DNA of 43,938 nt, taken from the NCBI GenBank assembly GCA_965372145.1, contig CBDVBE010000003.1, positions 1 through 43,938 on the forward strand, written 5' to 3'. This document shows positions 29,763 to 39,591 of this stretch, piece after piece (the first letter of the stretch is position 1; every line of letters begins with the position of its first letter). Made by a program: the position numbers and the translations under genes. This DNA is from an uncultured bacterium. GTDB lineage: Bacteria > Fibrobacterota > Chitinivibrionia > Chitinivibrionales > JANQEN01. A model generated the notes under the pieces. It was not told the origin of the DNA. It saw nothing but the letters and a program-made list of their open reading frames with translations, and searched no databases.

Positions 29763-29800
29763 GTAACCGTTCAGAGGTTCCCCGTTCAAGGGTTCCAGGA
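29763..29800 (+). repeat. GTAACCGTTCA..GGTTC repeat family, copy 2
   Basis: GTAACCGTTCAGAGGTTCCCCGTTCAAGGGTTCCAGG. Confidence 0.65.
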
Positions 29801-29845
29801 TTATCAGAATGTAAATCACAAATACTCAACCGTAAAAATGAAGTA

Positions 29846-31018
29846 ATGAGACACCTATATAAATTGTTGATTTCTTTAATGTTATTGAGCGGAATTCTCT
29901 TTTCTGAAGATATCCAGCAGACGCTATTGAATTATCCTTACAGTTCTGAGAAAATCTCTTCTTCTGCCAGAAGTATTATAATTCATTATTTCCAAAAAGG
30001 AGAACCGGACAGTATCGATAGGGTGATCAGTTTCTGTGATACGCTCTCTACATTAAGCCGGGACTGGCTATCAGGTCATGAACGTATTCTCATAACATTA
30101 TTAAAAGGGGACCTTACTATTTTAAAAGAACCAGCCTTATACAAAAAACACCTCACATTACGTGACACCGCAGATACTGAAGCATTCGACACACGGCCCC
30201 CGCTCTATGATCCTTTCAGACACACCATTCCTCCCTATGATAATCTCTCTCCATTCCTTATACAAAATTTTCACCTGAAGATAAAAGTATTTAAAAACCG
30301 ATATCCTGACGATATTTACTTATGGGGGTTTCTGGACATCATCTTTGATTGTACCCAAAAGAAAGTCATACGCTATCTGGTAAACTATCCGGATTCCCCT
30401 TTCGCAAACCTTATACGGTATAACTATTTTATACGATATACCTACCGGCATCATGGTATCATGGGAGGAATCGGATATTCCTTTATCAATTTCGGCAAGG
30501 ATGCAAACTTACTCCTTCAGGACAAAATGGACATGACCGGATTTATCAATACCTACCTCCGGGGATATTCGATCAACGTATCGTTATCAACTTCAACAAA
30601 AGGATCACTCAGCAATCTTGTTGTTGGTGGGGATACCATTGTCGCCGGCACTTCATACCGGGATATATTCTTCGAAGTCTCGGTTGGCCATATCATTTCG
30701 ATTAAGGACCGTGTCTATCTGACACCATACTGTGGTGCCGGTGGATTTCACACCTCACCAAACAGCAGTAAAAGAATCTCTCTTCCGGTAGCATGGGGAG
30801 CTAAAATCGGACTCAGTACAAATATTCGCATTGCATTTTATGACACTGAATTTATAGCATCTACTCCGAAACCGGATATTGCAGTACGACTGGATCTGGG
30901 ATATCGATATAATAGATTCTACAGGATCCGATATGACCTTGGTGTCAACTCATTCTATGTAACCCTTGCTCTTGAATTGATTAAATTTGGTTTTAAAAGG
31001 AGTTTCGATGTTAATTAG
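29846..31018 (+). CDS. Hypothetical exported protein with a probable C-terminal beta-barrel
   Basis: Signal peptide, helical N-terminal half and amphipathic strands in the C-terminal half (YLTPYCGAG, RLDLGYRY). Confidence 0.65.
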   Translation: MRHLYKLLISLMLLSGILFSEDIQQTLLNYPYSSEKISSSARSIIIHYFQKGEPDSIDRVISFCDTLSTLSRDWLSGHERILITLLKGDLTILKEPALYKKHLTLRDTADTEAFDTRPPLYDPFRHTIPPYDNLSPFLIQNFHLKIKVFKNRYPDDIYLWGFLDIIFDCTQKKVIRYLVNYPDSPFANLIRYNYFIRYTYRHHGIMGGIGYSFINFGKDANLLLQDKMDMTGFINTYLRGYSINVSLSTSTKGSLSNLVVGGDTIVAGTSYRDIFFEVSVGHIISIKDRVYLTPYCGAGGFHTSPNSSKRISLPVAWGAKIGLSTNIRIAFYDTEFIASTPKPDIAVRLDLGYRYNRFYRIRYDLGVNSFYVTLALELIKFGFKRSFDVN

Positions 31019-31163
31019 TTTCTGTTAAATATTGACAGATGACAGTCATTCCCGCATGCTTTTGGCGGGAATCCATGCCCTTAAACACTTAAAAAGCTGG
31101 ATTCCGGCCAAAAGCATGCCGGAATGACATTCAAAACAAGCTATATTTAACAGATACTAATTA
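31012..31163. mobile_element. MITE-like element with 21-bp TIRs carrying a GTCATTCCCGC palindrome
   Basis: TAATTAGTTTCTGTTAAATAT...ATATTTAACAGATACTAATTA (20/21 match). Internal GTCATTCCCGCATGCTTTTGGCGGGAATCC...GGATTCCGGCCAAAAGCATGCCGGAATGAC (31045-31128). Confidence 0.8.
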
Positions 31164-31314
31164 GTGCCTGGCCGGAAAGTCCCTATCTTGTCATTTCGAA
31201 GCGGAGCGAGAAATCTTGACCTTGCTGACTTATAAAAAGATAAGATTTCTAACACGGATACCTTGTCCCTACGGTCGAAAAGACATCTTTTTACCAGTTT
31301 TCGGCCAGATAGTA
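31162..31314. mobile_element. Degenerate MITE-like element carrying a GTCATTTCGA palindrome
   Basis: TAGTGCCTGGCCGGAAAGT...AGTTTTCGGCCAGATAGTA (14/19 match). Internal TGTCATTTCGA...AGAAATCT...AGATTTCT...TCGAAAAGACA. Confidence 0.65.
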
Positions 31315-31457
31315 ATTAATCAAATGTTTTCAATAAGAAAATAAATAACAATGTACTTCGTATTACTTGTCAGAGTCCACTTCAATTACCAGTTCAAAAC
31401 CATAAAAAAAGGAGTCTTTCCAATTACTCAATTTGCATTAACCTGATAACACTCTCA

Positions 31458-34400
31458 ATGATAAAACCAGCATCAAAAATGTGTTTTCTCTTTGTGGTAA
31501 GCATTTTTTATGCCTTGCACAATGTAAATGCAGCTATCACTGTTTTAGAGAGTAATGAGCAGAGACTCTCCTTCCTGTTTGAATCAGGCCATAACTCTAT
31601 TTCGACTCACAAAAATGGAAATGAGATGTTTTCATACATTTCATTTCAGGAATCCAATGCAGAAATTACAGATTCAAATGGGATTATACTACCGGTTCTG
31701 TCGCTTCATTTTGGTGTGCCGCAACAGGGAACTGCAACAGTACAATTCATTTCTCAAACAACCAGACGTATTCACCTCCATGCTCCCTTACCTGTTGACA
31801 AAGAAAATATTGATCACTACCGCCACATCACTCCTCATTCAAACAATCCCTGGATCTCAACAGTAGAGTATAAACATTACAGTACCATGCGAACAGGCCA
31901 TCTCTATCTCAAACCGTTTATATATAATCCGTCAACAAGAACCATTACCGTTCTTCTCAAAGGTACCTGCACAATTACATTTCCACAGGCCAAAATAAAA
32001 GTTACTTCATCTGAACAATACAGAGGTGACTTCGCTGCCATGCTGAAAGATATGGTCCTGAATTATAAGGTAGCAAAGAGATGGCAAAAACCAGGGCGGC
32101 CGACATCCGGAAGATATAAGACTGCCTCTATTATTCCTGCAAACGAGAAAATGCTGCAGTTTACCATTGGTGATGGAAATGAAGGAATCAATGAAGCAAC
32201 CACAAATGAAAATGGCATTATTAAAATCACTCCGGAGACTGTTACCTCATTTTTCGGTTCAACCATTCTTATCAATTCTATCAGCCTCTGGGGTTCACAG
32301 CGGGAAGAGCTCAGTGACACAGTACCTTCAGTTAGTACAATCCCGGACGGTGCCTGTGAAATACCGCTGCTGCGAATCGACAGGAACAGCAATGGCATAT
32401 TTGATACTGATGACCGTATTCTGGCATATGTTACCGGTATCTCGGATTGGTATTATGATACGGTAATGCATGATTTCGCCTTCCGGTTAAATCGCATTGA
32501 AAATAACAGGACCTATTGGCTGCGAAGCAAAGGAGGGTTGAAAACAATACCATCATTCCATTGCTCGGGAATACCGGTTGATACCATAACGGTTTTTGAA
32601 AACAGGGTACGATATAAAAAATCCGTTGAACTTAAACACGAGAACCGATTCGGCGGTAAGGAGTGGCGGTGGATACTCCTTGATGATAAAAACCATGCTT
32701 TCAATCTGATGCTTGAGTTACCCGATGTGCACAAAGGCTATCACGGTTTTTTGCAGGTTAATTCAGGAACCATATCACCTTCTTGCTACACTATTACATT
32801 TGGCAACACCGTATTAAGTGACTCCGGTTCATGGAAAGTGGTTAACAACTGGGATAATACAAAAGCAACAATCTCCCTGTGCAAGTTATCCTCACTTGAA
32901 ATTACACACCTGGATATCCGTTACCGTCAATCACTCGATATGCACGGTAAAAAAATGATGCGGATGTATTCTTCTCAAGAACCGAAATCAAACATAGTCA
33001 TGTACCGGTTGAAGAATCTTCCGTCGGAAAAAACCTACCTGTTCCGTATTCCGTCAGATGAATCACGTATTCAAATAATCGATATAGTCTCCGGGGAAGG
33101 CACCTTTTCATGGGTTGATACGGCAGGTATTGGTATGCAATATATAGTCAGTACAGAATCAGGCCTTCTTACTATCAATGACATGAAAGGGTATTATCCC
33201 TCTTCCCCTGAACCATATGTAATTACTGACCTCAGAAACACCGGCAATAAATCCGATCTCCTCATAATTACCGATATTACATTAAAGGCTGAAGCGGTTC
33301 GACTTGCCAAACATAAAAAATCCATCGGTACATTCCTGTTTCCCAATGTTGTTGTGACCGATGATATCTATCGGGAGTTTTCCGGCGGCAACCACGATCC
33401 GGGTGCAATACGAAACTTTCTCTTCTTTACGAAAAACTTCTGGACGCCGGTTTATACCGGAGGAACAGCCGGCCCTGATTATGTAATTCTGTCAGGAAAC
33501 GGCCATTACGATTATAAAGGATATTCTTCGCAGGAACCTGTTATAATCCCAACCGCCCAGATAAATTGCGGAGGCAACCGGCTCTGTGTCGATGACTTTT
33601 TCAGTTGTGTCACCAGTGGAGAGTGTATCAGCCACAGTACAGCCGCACCGGATCTCTTCCTTGGCAGATTCCCGGTTACCACGGTTACCGAAGCTGCAAC
33701 GGTTATTGACAAAATAGTCGAGACTGAAGGTTTGGAAGCTGACAGGGGCCCGTGGCGGAACAGTATTCTGCTGGTCTCTGACGACGATATGCAGGGTAAC
33801 AAATATGATAATATAACCCACTACAAGGGAAATGAAGATATTGAAACAAGCATAATGCAGACACGACCATATAGTGATATACGAAAAGTGTATCTATTTG
33901 AATATCCTCAAAATGAACTGTTTATCAAGCCTGAAGCTTCACGCGCACTGATAAATGAGATAAACAGGGGTGTTTCGTGTGTTAATTTTTTCGGCCATGG
34001 GAACGAAATGGCATGGGCTGATGAAGGTATACTGAATACCAGTACGGTTTCCAATCTGACAAATACAAAACGATACCCGGTAATAACTTCATTCTCATGT
34101 AATGTCGGCCATTTTGATATTCCCGGCACTCCCTGCTTAGCCGGCACACTCCTTAAGACTTCCCGAGCCGGGGCTATTGCCGGTATTGCAAGCTCCCGAA
34201 CCGCATCCGCAGGTCAAAATACCAGCATGGGAAAAACATTCTACAAGCATCTTTTTAACACAGATACCTACAGGACCCTTGGCCAGGCCTATTGCCTGAC
34301 AAAAGCAACAGATAACCTGAAGCGCTATGTTTTCCTGGGAGACCCTTCAATACGATTTTTACCACCTTCCGATTCAATTGCTATAACTATTACATCCGAA

Positions 34401-35531
34401 GAGGGAATTCCTCTCGGTACAGACACACTTAAAGCTTTTCAACAGGTTGTCGTATCAGGTAAAATCATGAGAAATATGGTGGTAAACTCCTCATTTGGAA
34501 CACAGGATGAACCCGCCTATATTCAAATTGGATTATATAATCCGCAACGTGATTCAGTTAAACGCAAAGACGGCTGTACCTTTACTGATCCGAATTACAA
34601 AAATCCGATTTACACGATGCCGGGAACACCCGTGTTTATCGGCAAGACGAGCGTTACCCATGGAGAATTCAAGCAGAAAATCTTTATCCCGAAAAATATT
34701 ACCTACCGTAAACCGGGGGTTACTATCAGGGGCTATGCCTGGAGCGGTTCCGATGTTGCCACAGGTTGTAAGGGTAATTTGATTTTTTATGGAAGTTTGC
34801 AAATATCCGATCCTGACACTGAGGGCCCGTTCATCACCGTCCGTCCGGTTTATACTAATGATTCAATGTGGAATACAAAGGTAGGGTTTACCGATAAAAT
34901 CAGTTCAACCCTCCCCCTTGAATGTGAAATTATTATCTCAGATGACCATGGTATTGATGTGACCGGTATTGGGCCCGATGAAGGGTTATCACTGGAAATT
35001 GACAACGCCATACCACGGCAAAATATAAACCATAAATTCATATTTGATGAAGGTGATTATGCGCAAGGAAATGCACATGTTGTATTCAATAAAGAAGATT
35101 TAAGGCCGGGTAATTATACCCTCACGGTCCGGGCACAGGATTTACTGGGTAAAGTTTCTAAACGTACTGTGGCACTTGAAATACTCTCCGATAATGATTT
35201 CAAACTGGGCCATGTTTTTAATTATCCGAATCCTGCTAGAATGGGCGGTAAGACAAGGTTCTATTTCTATCACTCAAACACTTCTGAAAACTGGTATAGC
35301 GGGGTACATGCCACTATTAAAATTTTTACCCTGTCGGGAAGATTGATACGGGTGTTTCGCAATGCCCGTAACGGGCAGGTATGGGATCTCACCGATCAAC
35401 GCGGTCATAGACTCAGCCCTAATATATATCTATATCGTATTACCGTAGAAATGACAAATTCCGGCCTCTCAAATAAAAATAAAATTCAAAAAAGCTCTGT
35501 AAAAAAACTAGTTATACATCCCCCCGGTTAA
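31458..35531 (+). CDS. porU: Type IX secretion sortase PorU-like protein (peptidase C25)
   Basis: IYREFSGG..DPGAIRNFL, DDFF, LGRFPV, FFGHGN (His), SFSCNVGHFD (Cys), FLGDP, DTEGP and FNYPNP-type C-terminus. Confidence 0.88.
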   Translation: MIKPASKMCFLFVVSIFYALHNVNAAITVLESNEQRLSFLFESGHNSISTHKNGNEMFSYISFQESNAEITDSNGIILPVLSLHFGVPQQGTATVQFISQTTRRIHLHAPLPVDKENIDHYRHITPHSNNPWISTVEYKHYSTMRTGHLYLKPFIYNPSTRTITVLLKGTCTITFPQAKIKVTSSEQYRGDFAAMLKDMVLNYKVAKRWQKPGRPTSGRYKTASIIPANEKMLQFTIGDGNEGINEATTNENGIIKITPETVTSFFGSTILINSISLWGSQREELSDTVPSVSTIPDGACEIPLLRIDRNSNGIFDTDDRILAYVTGISDWYYDTVMHDFAFRLNRIENNRTYWLRSKGGLKTIPSFHCSGIPVDTITVFENRVRYKKSVELKHENRFGGKEWRWILLDDKNHAFNLMLELPDVHKGYHGFLQVNSGTISPSCYTITFGNTVLSDSGSWKVVNNWDNTKATISLCKLSSLEITHLDIRYRQSLDMHGKKMMRMYSSQEPKSNIVMYRLKNLPSEKTYLFRIPSDESRIQIIDIVSGEGTFSWVDTAGIGMQYIVSTESGLLTINDMKGYYPSSPEPYVITDLRNTGNKSDLLIITDITLKAEAVRLAKHKKSIGTFLFPNVVVTDDIYREFSGGNHDPGAIRNFLFFTKNFWTPVYTGGTAGPDYVILSGNGHYDYKGYSSQEPVIIPTAQINCGGNRLCVDDFFSCVTSGECISHSTAAPDLFLGRFPVTTVTEAATVIDKIVETEGLEADRGPWRNSILLVSDDDMQGNKYDNITHYKGNEDIETSIMQTRPYSDIRKVYLFEYPQNELFIKPEASRALINEINRGVSCVNFFGHGNEMAWADEGILNTSTVSNLTNTKRYPVITSFSCNVGHFDIPGTPCLAGTLLKTSRAGAIAGIASSRTASAGQNTSMGKTFYKHLFNTDTYRTLGQAYCLTKATDNLKRYVFLGDPSIRFLPPSDSIAITITSEEGIPLGTDTLKAFQQVVVSGKIMRNMVVNSSFGTQDEPAYIQIGLYNPQRDSVKRKDGCTFTDPNYKNPIYTMPGTPVFIGKTSVTHGEFKQKIFIPKNITYRKPGVTIRGYAWSGSDVATGCKGNLIFYGSLQISDPDTEGPFITVRPVYTNDSMWNTKVGFTDKISSTLPLECEIIISDDHGIDVTGIGPDEGLSLEIDNAIPRQNINHKFIFDEGDYAQGNAHVVFNKEDLRPGNYTLTVRAQDLLGKVSKRTVALEILSDNDFKLGHVFNYPNPARMGGKTRFYFYHSNTSENWYSGVHATIKIFTLSGRLIRVFRNARNGQVWDLTDQRGHRLSPNIYLYRITVEMTNSGLSNKNKIQKSSVKKLVIHPPG

Positions 35532-35580
35532 TATTTTTAATAGTGTCTCGGTGGTTTCTTCTTCATTTCTATATTCGAAC

Positions 35581-35614
35581 AAAAAAGCGTTCCCCTGGAG
35601 GGAACGCTTTTTTT
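35581..35614 (+). terminator. Intrinsic terminator after porU
   Basis: AAAAAAGCGTTCCC-CTGGA-GGGAACGCTTTTTTT. Confidence 0.9.
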
Positions 35615-35939
35615 AAAATAAAATCAAAAATATATTGCTCTTCTATGGAAATTAAACTATGCTAAATTACTACTCTTACATAAATTGTAGCTGAAAAGAA
35701 CGTATATCCTGCTAAATTCCTTTGATGACAAAAAAAAATTACACTTTTATTATCATCATATAATGAAAGGAGGAGGTATGATATGACCTGAGTTGAGTGA
35801 ATTTCTGTTGTTATATACGTAAGTTCATGGAACAGAATCCGGTATTTATTACCTGACCAAGCTAAGCTGGACTATAGCCTTAACGAAATAATCTCATTAT
35901 CTAATTATCAATAATACTACAAATCAAAGGAGGCTTTTA

Positions 35940-36344
35940 ATGGCCGAATATCCTAATAATTGTGGCGCGAATGATGATATGAAAGTTGACGGTAAAGTTG
36001 GCATTGGAACTGCAAGCCCATCCGCATCGTTAGATATTGCAGCAGCCGCGGCTGGTACCAGAGGTATACGAATTGGTACCAACAACAGCTATGAAATTGA
36101 ATTTACCGGCGGTGACGGAGCAAATATTTATTCCGGATCTTCACATTTGGTCTTTTTAGCCGGTACTGGAAAGGAAATCCATTTTGGTACGAACGGTACA
36201 AACTCTCAAATGATTTTACAAAATGGAGGGGATATGAAGGTTACTGGTAATGGGAAAGGGATAATTTTAACATCCCCCAATGGACAAGTAAAAAGAAGGT
36301 TATATTTGAAAGATGATGGAAATATAGGACTAGAACACCCATAA
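35940..36344 (+). CDS. Hypothetical fibre/tail-like beta-repeat protein
   Basis: AAGGAGG RBS. GKVGIGTASPSASLDI repeat and GKGIILTSPNG..RRLYLKDDGNIG. No signal peptide. Confidence 0.7.
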   Translation: MAEYPNNCGANDDMKVDGKVGIGTASPSASLDIAAAAAGTRGIRIGTNNSYEIEFTGGDGANIYSGSSHLVFLAGTGKEIHFGTNGTNSQMILQNGGDMKVTGNGKGIILTSPNGQVKRRLYLKDDGNIGLEHP

Positions 36345-36352
36345 TAACATGA

Positions 36353-36395
36353 TTTTTTTCTTGGGGAATGGACTAATACCTTTCCCCAATTATTT
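36353..36395. terminator. Hairpin between convergent genes
   Basis: TTGGGGAA...TTCCCCAA stem in an AT-rich context. Confidence 0.5.
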
Positions 36396-38182
36396 TATTT
36401 CATTTTAAATATTTTTACTTTATAATTATCAAAAAAGCTTATATAAACATCTTTATTTTTAAATGTAATTTGTGAAATATATTGATTGCTCGTTTGGAAA
36501 ATACCTTTAAATAAACCTCCGGATTTCAATAACTTAATTTCGCCATTTGACATTGATACACAAATATCCGAATTAATAATTGTTATATCTCTTAATAGAT
36601 AATTTTTATTATCATAAAAAGGGTCAATAATTTTAATAAATGAACCTGAAGTTGTAAAAAATTGTATTCTATACTCATCCAATACAACAATTTCTCCAAA
36701 ACTTGAGACGTTTAATGAATTAATTTCCAGAAATTCCCCATCCCCATCACCTTTCTTACCCCATTTTAGAATGAAATTACCATTGCCATCAAATTTTTTA
36801 ATTGTGGAGAAATACTGGCTATTGGAATAATCCGCAACAAACACTTCATTATTATAAACACATATTACTTCAGGCGATTCTAATTTCGATGAATCACTAC
36901 TACTACCCGAAAAAGAGTTTATAAAGGCCCCATCTGAACCAAATTTTTGTACTCTTCCATTTCCTTTGTCAGCAATATAAATGTTTAATGATTCATCGAC
37001 AGCCACACCAGAAGGCTTTAAAAATTGGGAAGCTCCGCTTCCCTTTGTTCCAAATGAGAGAAAACACGTATGACTGGTATCAAACTTTTGAATCCGGGGA
37101 TTATCACCCGTATTACTTTCATGGCTGACCACATATAAATTCCCGTTTTTATCAAAACACATGTCCCAGATAGTAGTGAACTGGCCAATACCGGTACCTT
37201 CCGATCCAAGAGAATCAACCAGTGTAAAAGCCGGAACAATTACTATACTTTGCCCCTGACTCTTTTCCCCTTCTTCATCATTGGTATCAACAGCAGTTAC
37301 TTTGTATTCATATTGCTGGTCCTGCGATGCAGTGCTGTCATGATACATTGTGTCTAGAATAAGTACTGGATTTATTGGCACATTGGTAAAACTGGAGTCA
37401 CTATGCCGGCGGTACACATTAAATCCTTTTACCAGTTTTGAGTTTGGTGAGGCCCATTGTAACGTTACTATCTGCCTGAGTGTATCATACACTATCGCAA
37501 GATCCTTTGGCTTGGGGATTCCAATATAGGGTAAAAACAGCGTGTCTGGTAAAACAGCATTCACGCCGGTTGTGATAGTCAGTACAGTATCAAGAGGGTT
37601 ATAATCATCAAGCGTTGTCAGGAACCGTACACGATACGCGCCTTCAGCCATGTTTAAAAGAATAAAATTACCAAGAGGATCATCAGGCATCGTCCATACA
37701 GGCGTCCCCAATACAACTATAAATACCAGTTCCGGATTATCCTCCGGCTGCAGCCTTACAATTCCACGTATCGATCCGGGTGCTTTTAACGTGTCAGGAG
37801 GTGCTTGAAAATTATCATCAGGTGGTATATATAGAGAATCCTGATATGCATAACCACTGTCTCCTTCACCAAGGATATTAAAATATCCGCTGGAAAGAGA
37901 AGCAAATAAAAATCTCCCATTTTCATCTGTTAGAGTAGAATCAATTTGTAATGAATCCCTTTTCCCGTCAGGTTTCGGATTGTAATCAACACTGACAATT
38001 TTAATAGAGGCATTTACAGCGGGAGAGCCATGAGGATTATACAGGAATCCTGATACTTTCGAGTTGGTAGTCTCTGTGCTGCCACCCGCTACAGGCTCAT
38101 TGTAATTACAGGTTAACCAGATAACCAGACTTACCCCTACAGCAATTCCTCCGAATATTCGAAGTTTATTATTCAGTTGCAT
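36395..38182 (-). CDS. Lipoprotein: carboxypeptidase-regulatory-like Ig domains + FN3 + NHL beta-propeller
   Basis: Start MQLNNK with a GGGGAG RBS (the ORF track starts at 38230). Lipobox WLTC then AGGSTETTN, TLTDENGRF, GFNVYR...YEYKVTAVD, and NHL repeats (PSGVAVD..NIYIADKGNGRVQKF). Confidence 0.85.
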   Translation of the reverse strand: MQLNNKLRIFGGIAVGVSLVIWLTCNYNEPVAGGSTETTNSKVSGFLYNPHGSPAVNASIKIVSVDYNPKPDGKRDSLQIDSTLTDENGRFLFASLSSGYFNILGEGDSGYAYQDSLYIPPDDNFQAPPDTLKAPGSIRGIVRLQPEDNPELVFIVVLGTPVWTMPDDPLGNFILLNMAEGAYRVRFLTTLDDYNPLDTVLTITTGVNAVLPDTLFLPYIGIPKPKDLAIVYDTLRQIVTLQWASPNSKLVKGFNVYRRHSDSSFTNVPINPVLILDTMYHDSTASQDQQYEYKVTAVDTNDEEGEKSQGQSIVIVPAFTLVDSLGSEGTGIGQFTTIWDMCFDKNGNLYVVSHESNTGDNPRIQKFDTSHTCFLSFGTKGSGASQFLKPSGVAVDESLNIYIADKGNGRVQKFGSDGAFINSFSGSSSDSSKLESPEVICVYNNEVFVADYSNSQYFSTIKKFDGNGNFILKWGKKGDGDGEFLEINSLNVSSFGEIVVLDEYRIQFFTTSGSFIKIIDPFYDNKNYLLRDITIINSDICVSMSNGEIKLLKSGGLFKGIFQTSNQYISQITFKNKDVYISFFDNYKVKIFKMK

Positions 38183-38252
38183 AAAAATCAGTCTCCCCAT
38201 TAAAGGGGGATAAAAAGTATTTAATCCCATGCATAACCTGCATTTTTCCCTG

Positions 38253-38417
38253 TTACTTTTCTGGAATTGTAACTTCCTCCGGCCCCTTTACAATCCGACC
38301 GTCTTTAACTAAAATACCATGTAATACACAATACTTCTTGTGTAAAATACAAAATTCAGCCATTTCTTTAATTCGACAATCCTCCATGTTTTCACAGTCA
38401 TAATTAATACACTTCAT
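38253..38417 (-). CDS. Small Cys-rich protein, 54 aa (not in the ORF track)
   Basis: MKCINYDCENMEDCRIKKMAEFCILHKKYCVLHGILVKDGRIVKGPEEVTIPEK, preceded by GGGGGCCGAG. Co-directional between the TIGR02147 and lipoprotein genes. Confidence 0.55.
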   Translation of the reverse strand: MKCINYDCENMEDCRIKEMAEFCILHKKYCVLHGILVKDGRIVKGPEEVTIPEK

Positions 38418-38526
38418 CTCGGCCCCCATTCTTTAATAAGAATATGGCATCGTTAATAAACAGAATTTTCCAATGTTTTTATACCTATCAGATAAAATTT
38501 TTACCCATGTTTCATTTCGAACCTGT

Positions 38527-39381
38527 TCACCCCTGTATAGTCCGCATTGTTTTTCTTTTTTTCGGCAGCATGGAAACAGGAAATAATTGAAAATTAATTT
38601 GATAGACCCTGTCTACCGGTTCATCACAATAAACGATATCGACCAGTTTTCCCCGGAATACCTTTAACTCCTGCCTGAGCCTTTCAAAACCATGCCTTGA
38701 TATACCGACGGTGAGTGTGGAGATATCCCGGTTCTCTTTTTTATGGTGTCCTATTGATTCGGATGCCAGGGCAAGTGCCTGCTTCTGGAATTTTTTTACC
38801 GCAAGACCAAGTACCTGGCCGCCGGCTGTTATCGCCTTGTCAACCTGGATATACTTTCCGGAAGGCATCTTTTTTAGTAATCCCAAATCCAGAAGCAGTG
38901 TAACGGATTTTTTTGCCTGGCCGGGTGTAATGGCAGGATCGCAGGCTTTCGCAAGCTGCTTATAGTCGTCTTTCCAGTCGAGCGTGGTAACCAGCTCCCT
39001 GATCACGACAGTATACCAGTTGTTAAAATAGGCAAACTGATTGTTTCGCATGACGCTTGATTTATGATTCTTACTGAGCGATTGCAGGTTATGGAAATAA
39101 TATTCCTTATCTTCTATACGTTCGGCATTATTAAAATCCACCATTGCATCAAAATAGTCCGTCTCTTTTTTCTTCAACCCCATAGCTTTGGCGATTTTCA
39201 ACGTACTCGATTTTGACAGTGCTTTTTCACCCTTGATAATCTTATGAATAAATGTCTTTGTCTGAAAGCCTGCATTATCGGCAAACTTCCGATATGAAAA
39301 CCGGGGAACCAGCTTCTTCTGCTCCAGGTAATAGTCACAGATAAACTCACGGTAACTGGTGTGATTGTAGATATTCGGCAT
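38527..39381 (-). CDS. TIGR02147 family protein (N-terminal HTH-like + DUF4423-like domain)
   Basis: IYNHTSYREFI.DYY...K.....FSYR.FA..AG, YFNNWYTVVIREL, A.KSV.LL.DLGLL, RDISTLT and VYQINFQLFP. Confidence 0.9.
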   Translation of the reverse strand: MPNIYNHTSYREFICDYYLEQKKLVPRFSYRKFADNAGFQTKTFIHKIIKGEKALSKSSTLKIAKAMGLKKKETDYFDAMVDFNNAERIEDKEYYFHNLQSLSKNHKSSVMRNNQFAYFNNWYTVVIRELVTTLDWKDDYKQLAKACDPAITPGQAKKSVTLLLDLGLLKKMPSGKYIQVDKAITAGGQVLGLAVKKFQKQALALASESIGHHKKENRDISTLTVGISRHGFERLRQELKVFRGKLVDIVYCDEPVDRVYQINFQLFPVSMLPKKRKTMRTIQG

Positions 39382-39465
39382 AGTGCATATTCTCTTTGAA
39401 ACATAACCAGGACAAGTAGAGTAATTATACTACTTTTTTCGGATAAAATCAACCTGTTTTTTATT

Positions 39466-39591
39466 TTTTTGGGGAACGATACAACAATAATACAATTCAG
39501 CCTGTTTGCAGCAACAGCTTTATGCATACATATAAACCGGAGGTATATTTAATCACCTATTTTAATTTATTTTTCACTTTTTGGGGAACGA
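39466..39591 (+). promoter_or_regulatory. Two identical 14-bp motifs (TTTTTGGGGAACGA) in the divergent TIGR02147/GH3 intergenic region
   Basis: Exact copies at 39466-39479 and 39578-39591. The second lies just upstream of an extended -10-like TGCTATATT. Confidence 0.55.

Noticed and set aside
35940-36344. Prophage
   Set aside because: A single fibre-like gene with no other phage genes or integrase.
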